A stretch of DNA of 64,000 bases, taken from the IMG/VR virus record IMGVR_UViG_3300021387_000016; one strand, given 5' to 3'. A program made the translations under genes and the position numbers. Every line of letters starts with the position of its first letter. Positions within the stretch are counted from its first letter, which is position 1. This stretch comes from an uncultured virus (IMG/VR IMGVR_UViG_3300021387_000016). Its lineage: Duplodnaviria > Heunggongvirae > Uroviricota > Caudoviricetes. Positions 20,062 through 34,400 of this stretch are shown piece after piece. A model generated the notes under the pieces. That model was not told the DNA's origin and ran no database searches. It saw only the letters and a list, made by a program, of their open reading frames with translations.

Positions 20062-21492
20062 ATGAAAATTTCAAAAATAACAATTAGAAATCTGTTCGGA
20101 ATCAAGGAACAGAGTTTAAATGGTAAGTCTATTGAGTTGTCTGGTGATAATGGTGTGGGGAAAACCAGCGTAATTGACGCAATCAGGTACGCATTAACCA
20201 ATAAGTCTGACCGTAAATATATTGTACGAAATGGTGAAACTGAAGGCGAGATCATTATTGAGACGGATAGTGGTCTCAGTATTGATAGAAAAGCCAGAAC
20301 AAATCAGACCGACTATAAGAGTGTGAAACAAAATGGTCTGGCTGTCGGTTCTCCAGAAGCCTTTTTAAAGACACTATTTGTACCTTTGCAACTAAATCCT
20401 ATGGAGTTTATCAAAATGACCGAAAAAGAGCAAAATACGGTTATTTTGAACATGATTCAATACGATTGGGACATGAACACCATCAAGGAATGGTTTGGGG
20501 AAATTCCACAAGATGTGAACTACGATCAAAATATCTTGTCAGTTCTCTATGATATTCAGAAAGAAGACGGATATTATTTCCAACTTAGACAGGATATCAA
20601 TAGAGAAATTAAAGCAAAGAAAGCTGTAATAGCCGATATTAGTAACACACTTCCGGTTGAGTATGATGGTTCACAATGGGAAAACGCAAATATTGGCGAT
20701 TTGTACACAAAGATTGAGCGTATCCGAAAAGACAATCATGATATCGATTATGCAAAAGCTTTGATTGAAGAACATGACCAGAAAATCAGAGGTTTCCAAG
20801 CGACCAGAGAGATTTCCCTTGCTGCACTTGATAGAGAGATTACAGCTGAAGGTAATCAGATTGATACAGAATTAGCTTCACTTGAGGAAAGGATAAAGTC
20901 TCTTAGAGAAAAAAAAGAATCCCTTTCATCCAAGAAAAAAGACAAGGAAAAAGCTATAGAAAGTGAATATAAGGCTGCTGTAGCTAAGTTCGAGGGAGAA
21001 ATAACCAAGTATACAGAACTTTCAAAAAAGGAAATCACCCCAATTGATGATCTGATGGCTGAAGCTGACAACACAGAAAAAATGAAAGCTTTTGTTGGTG
21101 AATGGAGACGAATGCTCGATATTCAGGATGATGTTGAAAAGCTTACGGCCAAATCGGAACTTCTTACAGAAAAAATAGAAAAAGCAAGATCACTTCCAGG
21201 CGAAATTCTTGAGAAAGCTGAAATACCTATCGAAGGATTGTCAGTTAAAGATGGTGTTCCACTTATAAACGGGCTTCCAATAAGCAATCTTTCGGAAGGA
21301 GAAAAATTATCTCTTTGCGTAGATGTTGCAGTAGAAAATCCTGGTGGATTACAGATCATTCTTATTGATGGGGTAGAAGCTTTATCTGATGAAAACAGAA
21401 AAGCTCTATACGATACCTGTAAAGCGAAAGGGGTACAGTTTATTGCTTGCAGAACAACAAATGATACGGAACTTATGATTACAGAACTTTAA
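20062..21492 (+). CDS. SMC/SbcC-like AAA ATPase
   Basis: GDNGVGKTS, long coiled coil, LSEGE signature, ILIDG. Confidence 0.85.
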   Translation: MKISKITIRNLFGIKEQSLNGKSIELSGDNGVGKTSVIDAIRYALTNKSDRKYIVRNGETEGEIIIETDSGLSIDRKARTNQTDYKSVKQNGLAVGSPEAFLKTLFVPLQLNPMEFIKMTEKEQNTVILNMIQYDWDMNTIKEWFGEIPQDVNYDQNILSVLYDIQKEDGYYFQLRQDINREIKAKKAVIADISNTLPVEYDGSQWENANIGDLYTKIERIRKDNHDIDYAKALIEEHDQKIRGFQATREISLAALDREITAEGNQIDTELASLEERIKSLREKKESLSSKKKDKEKAIESEYKAAVAKFEGEITKYTELSKKEITPIDDLMAEADNTEKMKAFVGEWRRMLDIQDDVEKLTAKSELLTEKIEKARSLPGEILEKAEIPIEGLSVKDGVPLINGLPISNLSEGEKLSLCVDVAVENPGGLQIILIDGVEALSDENRKALYDTCKAKGVQFIACRTTNDTELMITEL

Positions 21493-21690
21493 TAGGGGGA
21501 ATATTCTCATGGCAAACAGAGACGTTATTTTTGAAGTAACAAAAACGCTTAACAACATCAAGAATCATGATTTCACAGTGGCTGACTATAAGATGTGCAA
21601 AGACGAAGCAGAAATTGTAACAGAGTCACTGGAACTCTTTATTTATTTTCTACAATACAAACAAGATACTGATGGAAAGGACATCAGACC

Positions 21691-22131
21691 TTGAATCTTC
21701 AATTTGAAATCCCAGACAAATGCACAATGCCAAAGGTTGTTATTTCCGGAAACTATTACGGCTCTAAGACTTTCCCAAGTTTGAACAATCTTTTGGCTGA
21801 ATATAGTTACTCTCCTGCTCGCGGCAATAGCATGAAACGTAAGTACATGAAAATCTGTAACGATGAAATTAGGATGCAGCTTAAGGGGTATAAAGCTATT
21901 CATCCTATAATTTTGCACTACAGATATTATGAACCCAGGGATGGCCATTATCGTGATTTTCCGAATATCCATGGCTTTTTCAGTAAGATATTTTGTGATT
22001 CGCTTCAATTATGCGGAGTTATCCAAAATGATGATCCCAGATTTTTAAGAAACGAGACTCATGATTTCTTCTATTTGCCTTTTGATTATGGAGAACCTTT
22101 TATCGAAATTTATATCGAGGAAATCACATGA
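21691..22131 (+). CDS. rusA: RusA-like Holliday junction resolvase
   Basis: PSLN, RD..N...K...DSL...GVI.NDD. Confidence 0.75.
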   Translation: MNLQFEIPDKCTMPKVVISGNYYGSKTFPSLNNLLAEYSYSPARGNSMKRKYMKICNDEIRMQLKGYKAIHPIILHYRYYEPRDGHYRDFPNIHGFFSKIFCDSLQLCGVIQNDDPRFLRNETHDFFYLPFDYGEPFIEIYIEEIT

Positions 22132-23161
22132 ATGAGTATATACAAATGACCTTAGATATGATGGGTGAAAGTGGTGAAAAGCCCATAGTTATCAGCAAAA
22201 CTGAATCGGGGGGGTAGAACGGAAGACCCTAGAGGACAAGGTTTCGGATAGTATTCGAGCTTTAAAACTTGCAGCTGATATGAGCAAAGTATACTACAAT
22301 GCCCCACTTATTATTTGCTATTCCGGTGGAAAAGATAGTGGAGTTTTGCTTGATCTTGCTGAGAAATGTCTTAGGCCAGATGAATTTATAGTACAGAATA
22401 GCCACACAACTGTAGATGCTCCTGAAACGGTGAAATTTATCCGTGAGGAATTTAAGAGGCTGGAACAAAAGGGTATAAAAACAGAAATCCTTTTTGCCAA
22501 GTATGCAGATGGAACACCTATAACAATGTGGAATTTAATACCCAAAAAATTGATGCCACCGACCAGAATTGTTCGCTATTGTTGTCAATATTTAAAAGAA
22601 CAATCAACACCAAACCGATTGGCATGTTTGGGTGTCAGAGCCGCAGAATCCAGTAAACGTCAGGGCCGAGACACTTTCGGAATTAGGGGGGGGAACTACA
22701 GGCAAGCTACATTTTTTTCACTTGACCATGCAGAGGAAGTACATCGTGAATCTCAAGAGATTAATGACCCTGCATGGGATTGTACACTAATCAAGCTGAT
22801 GAAGGAACGTGGCAGTACTGTAGTTAATCCAATCTATGAATGGACAGATCAGGACGTTTGGGATTATATACGCAGAGAAAATCTGAAAATCAATCCTTTA
22901 TATGCACAAGGCAAATTGAGAATCGGATGTATCTTGTGCCCTATGGCTTCGTGGTCTACTAAACAAAAAGAGATGGCTGAATATCCCAAATATAAGCAAG
23001 CCTATATCCATGCTTTTGATGAAATGCTTAAGAGACGAGAAGCACACGGACTTGAAAATAAATGGAAGAACGGCCAGGAAGTTTTTGAATGGTGGATAGA
23101 ACAAGGCAAGCACGAATGCAAAGGACAATACAACTTATTTGACGAGGATATATACGGATAA
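22128..23161 (+). CDS. PAPS-reductase-family protein, frameshifted at a G7 tract (22208-22214)
   Basis: YSGGKDS, RYCC..LKE, GVRAAES, NPI.EW, RIGCILCP; the frame from ATG22128 joins the main ORF if G7 becomes G8. Confidence 0.85.
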
Positions 23162-23300
23162 CCGCAGCTGAAAATAGGGCATATTACGGGACAATTGGTT
23201 AAGACCTTTTGGCTACAAGGAATTTATCACAGAAGACTTTGAAAGCCATTGTATAGATCCCCCTGGTGAAATCCCAGGGGAGAAAGGAGCTTCGAGGGGG

Positions 23301-24110
23301 ATGAGCGAAGTTAAATGGATATCTATTGCAACGGACATTTTTAACGATGAAAAGATGTGCACTATTGAGAGTATGCAGGATGGATTAAGCATTGAAGTAG
23401 TGTGGTTTAAAATCTTATGTTTGGCAGGAAAGTGTAACGAAAATGGCTACTTAATGATAAGCCGAGAAATACCATACACAGAGGAAATGATGGCCAAATA
23501 TTTTCGTATGGATATTGGAATCATACGAAGAGCGTTAGAAATCTTTCAAAGTCTTAGCATGATTGAGATTGTGGATAACATTTACATGATTTCTAATTGG
23601 ATGAAATATCAAAATAACACTGAGTTAAGTCACATAAGAGAAATGAACAGACTTAGACAAGCCAGATATAGAGAGGCGCAGAGAGCATTAAAGGACGGAG
23701 TAAATAGTAACGTTACATTGTCACAAAAAGATAACGTAACAAGTCACGATTTTTGCTCTATATGTAATATGTCTTATGTTGATGTTTATAAGACTATTAT
23801 TAATTACTTAAATAGTAAGACAAATAGTAATTATAGATATACAACCAAAAAGAATCAGACACTTATCCATGCCAGATGTGAAGAGGGTTACACGATAGAT
23901 GATTTCAAAAAAGTCATTGACAAGAAAAGTGATGAGTGGCTGAAAACGGATATGGAAAAGTACTTAAGACCGGAAACGTTATTTGGAACAAAGTTTGAAG
24001 GTTATCTGAACCAAAAAACATCAAATAAAAAATCGAAAAATGCTTTTTCAATGATGATGAAAACAGAGCAGATAGATAATGACCTGGAAGCGATGTTGTT
24101 AGATAACTAA
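23301..24110 (+). CDS. Phage replisome organiser / lytic replication initiator
   Basis: KWI.I..DIF.DEK N-terminal domain; C-terminal YLRPETLFG.KFE.YLN. Confidence 0.85.
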   Translation: MSEVKWISIATDIFNDEKMCTIESMQDGLSIEVVWFKILCLAGKCNENGYLMISREIPYTEEMMAKYFRMDIGIIRRALEIFQSLSMIEIVDNIYMISNWMKYQNNTELSHIREMNRLRQARYREAQRALKDGVNSNVTLSQKDNVTSHDFCSICNMSYVDVYKTIINYLNSKTNSNYRYTTKKNQTLIHARCEEGYTIDDFKKVIDKKSDEWLKTDMEKYLRPETLFGTKFEGYLNQKTSNKKSKNAFSMMMKTEQIDNDLEAMLLDN

Positions 24111-24573
24111 CAGGAGAATAGTAATATGCGGAAAAGAAGAGAAGGTCAAAGAGCAAGTGCTAAAAGAATAGCCGCCGTAAGGAAGTTTGATTATCTACAA
24201 AATTTGAAAATGTCAGAGCAGCAGAAAAAGATGTGGAATAGAAAACCTTATGGGGTGGGAGAAAAATGAACATAAATCAGATCCTTGAAAAGCAGAAGAA
24301 AGAAAAAGCAAAGGCTTATAATGCCGAATATTACAAGAAAAACAAAGAAAAAAAGAAAAAGTATGCTCATCAGTATTATTTGGATAACAAGGCAGAAATA
24401 AATGAAAGAAATAAAGAATGGGCAAAGAATAACACAGCAAAAAGCAAAAAGATTTTCTGTAGGAAAAATGATGTTCTAGCCATTTTAAGGAAGCAACGTA
24501 GAAATATAGGGGATAATTCATACCACCTTCTTGTTGATGAATTGGAGAAAGTTGATAAACACATTTTTAAGGT

Positions 24574-25158
24574 TTGACCGGAATGAACAGAAAAGAAACT
24601 ACTGATTTTTTAACAAATCTTATTATTAGGGACAGATTATGCGATAGAAAATACTATGCAAAAGAAGTAACGCTGGATTACGGAACAAGGCATAGCAAAC
24701 GAGTTGATATTATGCAGTACTCACCTAAAGGAACTACATATGTATCTGATATTGAGCAGGGTTATTTTACTTGTTATGAAATCAAATCTTGTATTCAAGA
24801 TGTATATAGCGGAAATGGTCTGAATTTTTACGGCGAGAAGAACTATATCGTCACGACGATGGAAACATATAAAAAACTCTTAGAAGATATTACAAGTGAT
24901 AAACTGCAAAACCATATTAAGAGCTTTATGGGGATTTCCATGGAAGATACATGTCCGTATTTTGGAATAATAGTCCCAGTACCATATTCGAATGATGTTA
25001 GAAAGAAAAGCATTGAAGAATTTGAACATCCTACATCATTAGATTCAAATGTAGGGTGGACAACAAGCATTATATATCCACAGTGTCAATTGTGGCACAG
25101 AACAAGAAGCACAACCGAGCTATTGTTCTGTATGCTGAGATCAAAACATGCAAATTGA
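24574..25158 (+). CDS. PD-(D/E)XK nuclease-like protein
   Basis: EV...RVD...CYEIKS. Confidence 0.6.
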   Translation: MTGMNRKETTDFLTNLIIRDRLCDRKYYAKEVTLDYGTRHSKRVDIMQYSPKGTTYVSDIEQGYFTCYEIKSCIQDVYSGNGLNFYGEKNYIVTTMETYKKLLEDITSDKLQNHIKSFMGISMEDTCPYFGIIVPVPYSNDVRKKSIEEFEHPTSLDSNVGWTTSIIYPQCQLWHRTRSTTELLFCMLRSKHAN

Positions 25159-25338
25159 GGGAAAGAGGATATGGAAAAAACATGCAGAACATGCAAGTGG
25201 TTTGAAGAACTCCCTTTTGTTGATACAGGAATATGTGTAAATGATGAGAGTGATTATGGGCATTGTCCAATTGATTATATGGAGAATGATACCTGTAAAT
25301 ATTGGGAAGAAAAAGAGTAAAAAAAAGAGAGGGGAATT

Positions 25339-27925
<2,587 letters not shown>

Positions 27926-28061
27926 TTATCAAAGCTGCGCAGCTTGATATAAAACCCAGGATGTGACAACTATTAACATTTAAAAATAGAAAGGGGAAAC
28001 CTTTTGCTGGCAAATGTTGAAAAGTGTAAAACCACACATCCTGGGGAAAAGAGGGGAGAAA

Positions 28062-28307
28062 ATGAGAGAGCTTACAAAAAGAGATAAAGAAATACTTGAT
28101 TTTATTAAAAACTATATGCTCGTTAATGGTACTACTCCCACGATAAGGGAAATAGGAGAAGCTGTTGAATTATATAGCACTAACTCTGTATATGCTCATT
28201 TTCAAAAATTAGTAAGGCTGGGATATATAACTCAAATTGCAGATAAAAGAACTACACGTTATCGAGTTCAGGGGATGAAATACATTTATGACGAAAGCGG
28301 AACTTAA
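28062..28307 (+). CDS. LexA N-terminal DNA-binding-domain-only protein
   Basis: LTKRDKEILDFI...PTIREIG...STNSV. Confidence 0.85.
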   Translation: MRELTKRDKEILDFIKNYMLVNGTTPTIREIGEAVELYSTNSVYAHFQKLVRLGYITQIADKRTTRYRVQGMKYIYDESGT

Positions 28308-28434
28308 TTATTTAGTAGAGCAGCTTATAAGCATAAGGGGCAGAGTAGAAATGTCTTGGCAGGATAAAGACATATTGGCAGATGAAAGCAATATTATCTA
28401 TCACAACATTGACAAAATAAGTGAGGACTAAGGC

Positions 28435-31400
28435 ATGGAATATTGTAAGTGGTGTGGGAGGGAATTACACGGATGGTATCTGACATATAAGGGCATGACA
28501 TTCTGTGATGATAAGGATGAAATGTGCATTAAGAATTATCTTCGTGAAAAACATGATCTTGATATTGATTCAGAGATAGCTGAAGACAGTGAATATTCAA
28601 TGCAGGAGGTATGCGAACGTGACTGAGGAAAGAATAAGAGTATACTCATGGTTTTGTTTTTGGCTCTTGGTTATGGGACTAATACTTATAAAGATAGGAG
28701 TTTGATATGGATAATCTGAATTGGAAAAAAGGTGATTTGGAAGTAAGGACAGTAACAAGGTTTGACGGAAGTTCACATGTAGAACTTGTTAAGTGGGAAG
28801 GACAGTCGGTTTGTATCACCATTGCATACTTTATCAAGGATTCCGATGGGAATGTAACACTTAGGTTTGTTGGTAATAGGCCATTTAAGGAGATAGCTGA
28901 GATAGATGTTAACGATGTATGGAAAGAACTTTGGCTTACATGTATGTTGCTAGAGGGGAAGGATGAGTAATGGATACACCAGATGATATAGCAAGAGAAA
29001 AATGGTATTCAAAACACGCATTTAAGTGCGGCACTTGTAAGTACAGAAAGAAGAACTACTGTAACAATGCAGATAGTGAGTGTTGTGACGATATCGTTGA
29101 CTATGAGTGTTCCTGTGATGCCTACGTCCCAGAGAAAGGGGTTTACTTATGAGTGTAGCGTGGGATTGCGCATGTTGGCAACATTATCCTAACGAACATC
29201 ATAAGCATAAAAATGGCAAGTGGAAATGTGTTGATAAGTTTGAATGCATCAGGGACTTAGTAGAAGAAAGAACACTTAGCGGATATGACTGTTGCACTCA
29301 TTGCGTTAGAAAGGACGAGAGAAAATGGATAAAGATACACTTAGGGAATATGCCAGACAGTTCTGCGGACAAGACTGCGGAATAATCCATTGCGAAATGA
29401 TGAATGGGAAGCATCCGGAAATAATGATTGGAGGGGACACTGTTTCTATTATGTGGCTCATCGATGGAGTTATAAACCGGTTAAGTGAAATTTCAGGAGT
29501 ACCCTTTGAAGAAACTGCAATGACTATTTTGAGCTTAACTGAGTTAGGTTATGACAATGTGCAGAATGTGAGAAAAAAGGAAAAGCCACGGTACTACGTC
29601 AGTGAAGATTGGCAGGAAAGAGCTAAGAAAGATATTGAGAAAGATGTCAAAAGAGAAGTTGCCTCAGAGAGTATAACCCTTGCACTTAACCTTGCGGAGA
29701 TGGAAAAGAGAAACACTTCACTCAATAACCAGCTTGTAGACCTTAAGAAAGAATATACAAAGAACCTTAAGACCAAGGATGAGCAGATAAAGGCACTCAC
29801 AAAGGAATGTCAGGCACTTGAACACAGGATGAAAGAGATGGAGCAACACACATTACTTCCAAGAGAGGATGAAGAGATGTGAAACTCTTACAGATACTTT
29901 TGCTTTGTTTATTGATCCAAGCATACATATGGCTTGATAGGAGGGATACATGAAAAAAATATTGAAAAGAGGATTTATTAAGGTAATGAAGTGCAAAACA
30001 TGTGGTTGTGAGTTTAGTTATGAAAAAGAAGACGTTGTTAGAAAACAAGCTGGGCCAATTGAATATGATGTATATGTTGTATGCCCTCAGTGTGAAAGAG
30101 AATGTTTTATTAGGTCAGGAGTGTAAAGATGAAAAAAAGAATAATTTTGCTTATGAGCATACTCTTTTGTCTGACAGGGTGTAGGGAAGTTGACTCTAAA
30201 ATCATTGTGGATTACAGGCATATTCCGGAGCATACAGAGGTACATTCTGATACTGTTCGCACGAGTTGCCCTAGCTGTGGAAAACAAGTGGATGGGGAAG
30301 TAGTTGCAGAAAGCCATTATTATCCGGAAGAATATCAATTATTGTGGGAATACAAATATGATGATGGTTCTAAAAAACGTAAATGGGAAACATGCACTAG
30401 GTTCGAGTATGAGGATGCGGTTGTTGAATTAGGGAGATAAAAAATGTGGGGGATAGCACTATATTTGTTTCTCGTATTAAGTGGAATATTGTTGTTTATT
30501 ATTATTTATTCAAATGAAAAACGGGGGAAAGAAGTTAAAATCTGGCAAAAGATTCTTAGCGAAGCATATTTAATATCCTGGATCGGATTCACATTATGGA
30601 TAGTTTGGATAGCATACAAAATAGGGATGGTGAGATAGATGGAAATTAAATTATTTATTGAGCAAAAAGAGAGTTCGTACCTGTTGGCAGAACAAAGAGA
30701 GGTTAGAATAGGGGGAAACTATGAAAAGAAGATTCATAACAGCAGAAGAGGCAATCAGCTTGCTCCCATCAGGGGATACAATCCACACATTTTACAATTG
30801 TGGTTTTTCACTTATTGGTGGAGATTGGGACAGAACAGGTGTCATTGAAAAAATAAACCGCTCAGATGTGATTGAGATTACCGGAGAAAAGGCAAGAGCA
30901 TTAGGACATGGGTTAGCAGTATATAACAAAGATACCACGCTACTATCAGAGGTGTTATTTGTGGAAACCGACAAGGATAAGTTAGATGCTTTTGATCCAC
31001 TACAGGAGGTAGACTATGAGCTGGAAGATTAAAATCACAGAGGTCAGGGAGGTAGCAGATGAGAAAAAAGATTAAATTTTATAGAGCATTATTGGCAGAG
31101 ATATGTGAGACATTATGCACCATTTGTTTTGATAGGGCTCACATTCCAGGCTCACAAGGCAGAATGAGAGAGAATTACATGAGCCATTTTTATCAGCTCA
31201 AATGTTTTTCCGAGAAATTGAGAGGCAAGGAGGCAGCAGATGACAGAGCAAAGACTGAGAACATATGAGAGACTTTTGGGATATGTGCTCTTGGCAGCAG
31301 TCATCCTTGGCATTGTGAGCCAGATCACAGGATAAGGAGCTTGGAGAGTGAAAAGAATAATCACGATCATGATCCTGAGCATTTGGTGCATATTCCTGCT

Positions 31401-34400
31401 GTGGATCATGTATGTAGCAATAAAGATAGGGATGGTGAGGTAGAAAATGGGAATGACATTCACAATAGGTAAATGGGAAAATATGATTTACTTTATTCCA
31501 ACTATTATCTGGTTAAGTAAAAGCCCCAAAGTATTAGCACTTACATGGGGCAAATGGTATATAGGACTTGACGAAAAGGAGTAGACAATGGGAATGACGA
31601 TTAACAATAAAGAATTTGCAAGTTATTTAATTGCCCTTGCTATCATGTGTGCAGAAAATGATACAGATAATTGTGATTTGGAATTGACTACAGGGATGGG
31701 CAAGATTAATTGTCATATTGAGTTTGAGGGAATAGAAGATGGGAATGAAACTCGATGAAGCTATTAAAAGATACAAAAACAATGCTGAATATGAACGTAC
31801 TCATGGCGATTTGCAAGGGTGTTTAGAGTTTAAGCAGCTTGCAAAGTGGTTAGAAGAATTAAGGGCTTATCGCAATATGTATCATGCAGAGAATGTTGAT
31901 AATTGTTTAAGGAAAAAGGTGGTAGACAATGGGACTGTCGATTGATAAGACAATTTCTGAGTTAGAGATTTTAAAGAAAAATACTTTCAGTTATATGACA
32001 GCTAATCAAGCATTTACAACAGCAATTGAAACCATGAAGAAGTATCAGAAGATAGAGCAGATAGTAGAAGATAGATATGGAAAACCAACATTCAAGTTTA
32101 TGGATGCAATCGTAAAGGTGGTAGAAGATGGGAATGATTGATAAACCGTACAGAACGATAACAATGCCTAAATGTCCTTGTTGTAATTACAAACATTCTA
32201 ACTGTTCGCCTAGCAATTACAATTGGTCTAAATTAGTTGGAATGGCAACAGGCACAGGAAGTAGTGATGTTAAATTAAAATGTGAGAATTGTGGAGAATA
32301 TTACAGAGTTAGGTGTAATATAAGGTTTTTCGGAAGTGGGGTAGAAGATGGGAATAAACACTAAACATCAATCACCAGATATGGTTAAGTATGATGAAGT
32401 AATAGCTATTATTGCTAACTATCCTAAAGCATTTGCATCAGAGAAGGATATGGCACAGATATTAAGGTGTATTAGCAGTTTACCCAAATATGACTTAAAG
32501 CCTAATGCGGACAATATCACCAATAACAACACGACAATAAATCTAGTAGCTGAAAGCCCAAAAGTTAAACAGCTTATAGAAAAGATTCGGGAGAACATAT
32601 GAATGGGAATGAGTGAGAGAGAACACCACATCAAAGTATTAGAACAATTTCTACATGATTATCAAGAGTGGGGAGAAGATTTAGAACTGGAGAAAACAAT
32701 TAAGTATGCCATATCATCACTCAAAACAGACCTTAAATACGACTTGATGTACGAGGGAGAAGATATTTATACAAAGGCTGATGTGGTGGCTATGTTGACA
32801 GAGTTAAAGACGGAGATTGATATAATGTCAGATTCAGTTGTTGAAGGTAGAACTGTAACTGTTACATCTTGGCGTGGTATGCAAAAGAGAATATGCAAGC
32901 TGATCCAATCTAAAATCGACAAAACAAAGGTTAAGAAAGAATACAAAACAGACTTAAAAATTATTCTAAATAGGCTCAAGGTTAGGATGAAAGACCGTGA
33001 CGAAGATAATGGTGGAGAACCTTTAAATAATTTTGATAAGGGCTATCATACAGCTTTTATTCATTTATGTAAAGAGATAGACAGCATACTATCAGAACAA
33101 GAAACAAGGAGATAAAAATGAAAAGCACACTTGATTATATCTTACAGATGATACAACTATATGCTTACAAATTACCTACTGTTAAGGTGGGCAATATAAT
33201 AATGGATTTCAGAATGAAATATACCCTACCAATATAAGGAGAATGAAGAATGGACTTTTGTATTTTTGTGGTTTTGGTTTATATAGCTTTTGTGCTTACC
33301 ATAGGGCTATCAGATATTTTGCATACATTAGATGATATTCGAGGGAAAATTGATAAATTACCAGATATAGGATTGTATCCTGGAGGAAAGAAAAGTGAAA
33401 AAAGAAATTATTAAAAAGACTATAGAATCATGTTATGAGTTTATAAATAAAATTCAAAGATTGTCTATTCCTACTGTTTCAATGAAAGACGTATTGGATG
33501 CAGATGGATCTTTTTCGTCAGCAGATGGGACATATGACTACTATTGGATAGGAACTCCGCATGGTAAAGAAGTAAAGGTAAAAAGAACTGAACCAACATA
33601 TTTAAGTTTGAAATCATTGTTGGAAACTTTTTTTATAACTCAATACGATATAAGTCCTGCTCTTGCTGAAGAAACTGTGATTAAGATGTTTAATGCTGCT
33701 ACTGAATATATATATATCATTGAAAGAACAAAAGAAAAAGAACCATGAGGACGTTCTAGGGTAAAGTCTGTGAGGATGTATGAGTTACATAGAAAAAGAA
33801 AAACTAATAGTTGTTAGCGGTGAATATCCTAAAGATTGTCTACATTGTAATTACCGTCATTGTTTGCATATTGGTAATAAGTATTATCAGATGTGTGGAT
33901 TATGTGGTGATGGATATTTAACTGAATCATGGTTCAAGTCAGAAGATTTGGTAGATGGGTTCAAGTCAGAACATTGTCCAATTCAAGGAGAATATGAAGA
34001 AGTATTTAATCATGACTTATCAGTTATAGATATGGATTATTTGTTAGAAAAGAAAGAAATATTGGAAAGTGAGGATAAGGAATGACAAAAACAGTATGTG
34101 ATATATGTGGTAAAGACATGCCTTTAGAAATATATTCAAGATCAACTAAAGACTATAAATTTTGTATATCAAGTTATGGAAAAGTATGGGATATATGTAA
34201 TGAGTGCAGGAATGAACTCAATGAGTGGATGAAAAAACGAAAGGCAGAAAGTGAAGGTAAGGAATGAAACCGCTTAATTGCTGTAAAAGTTGCGATGGAT
34301 TAAATGAAAACGGCATTTTTAGAAATAAATTAAAGTGTTTATTATGTGACAAATATATTTTTGAAGATACGAAAAGGTTATATGACGAGCAAAAAGGGAA

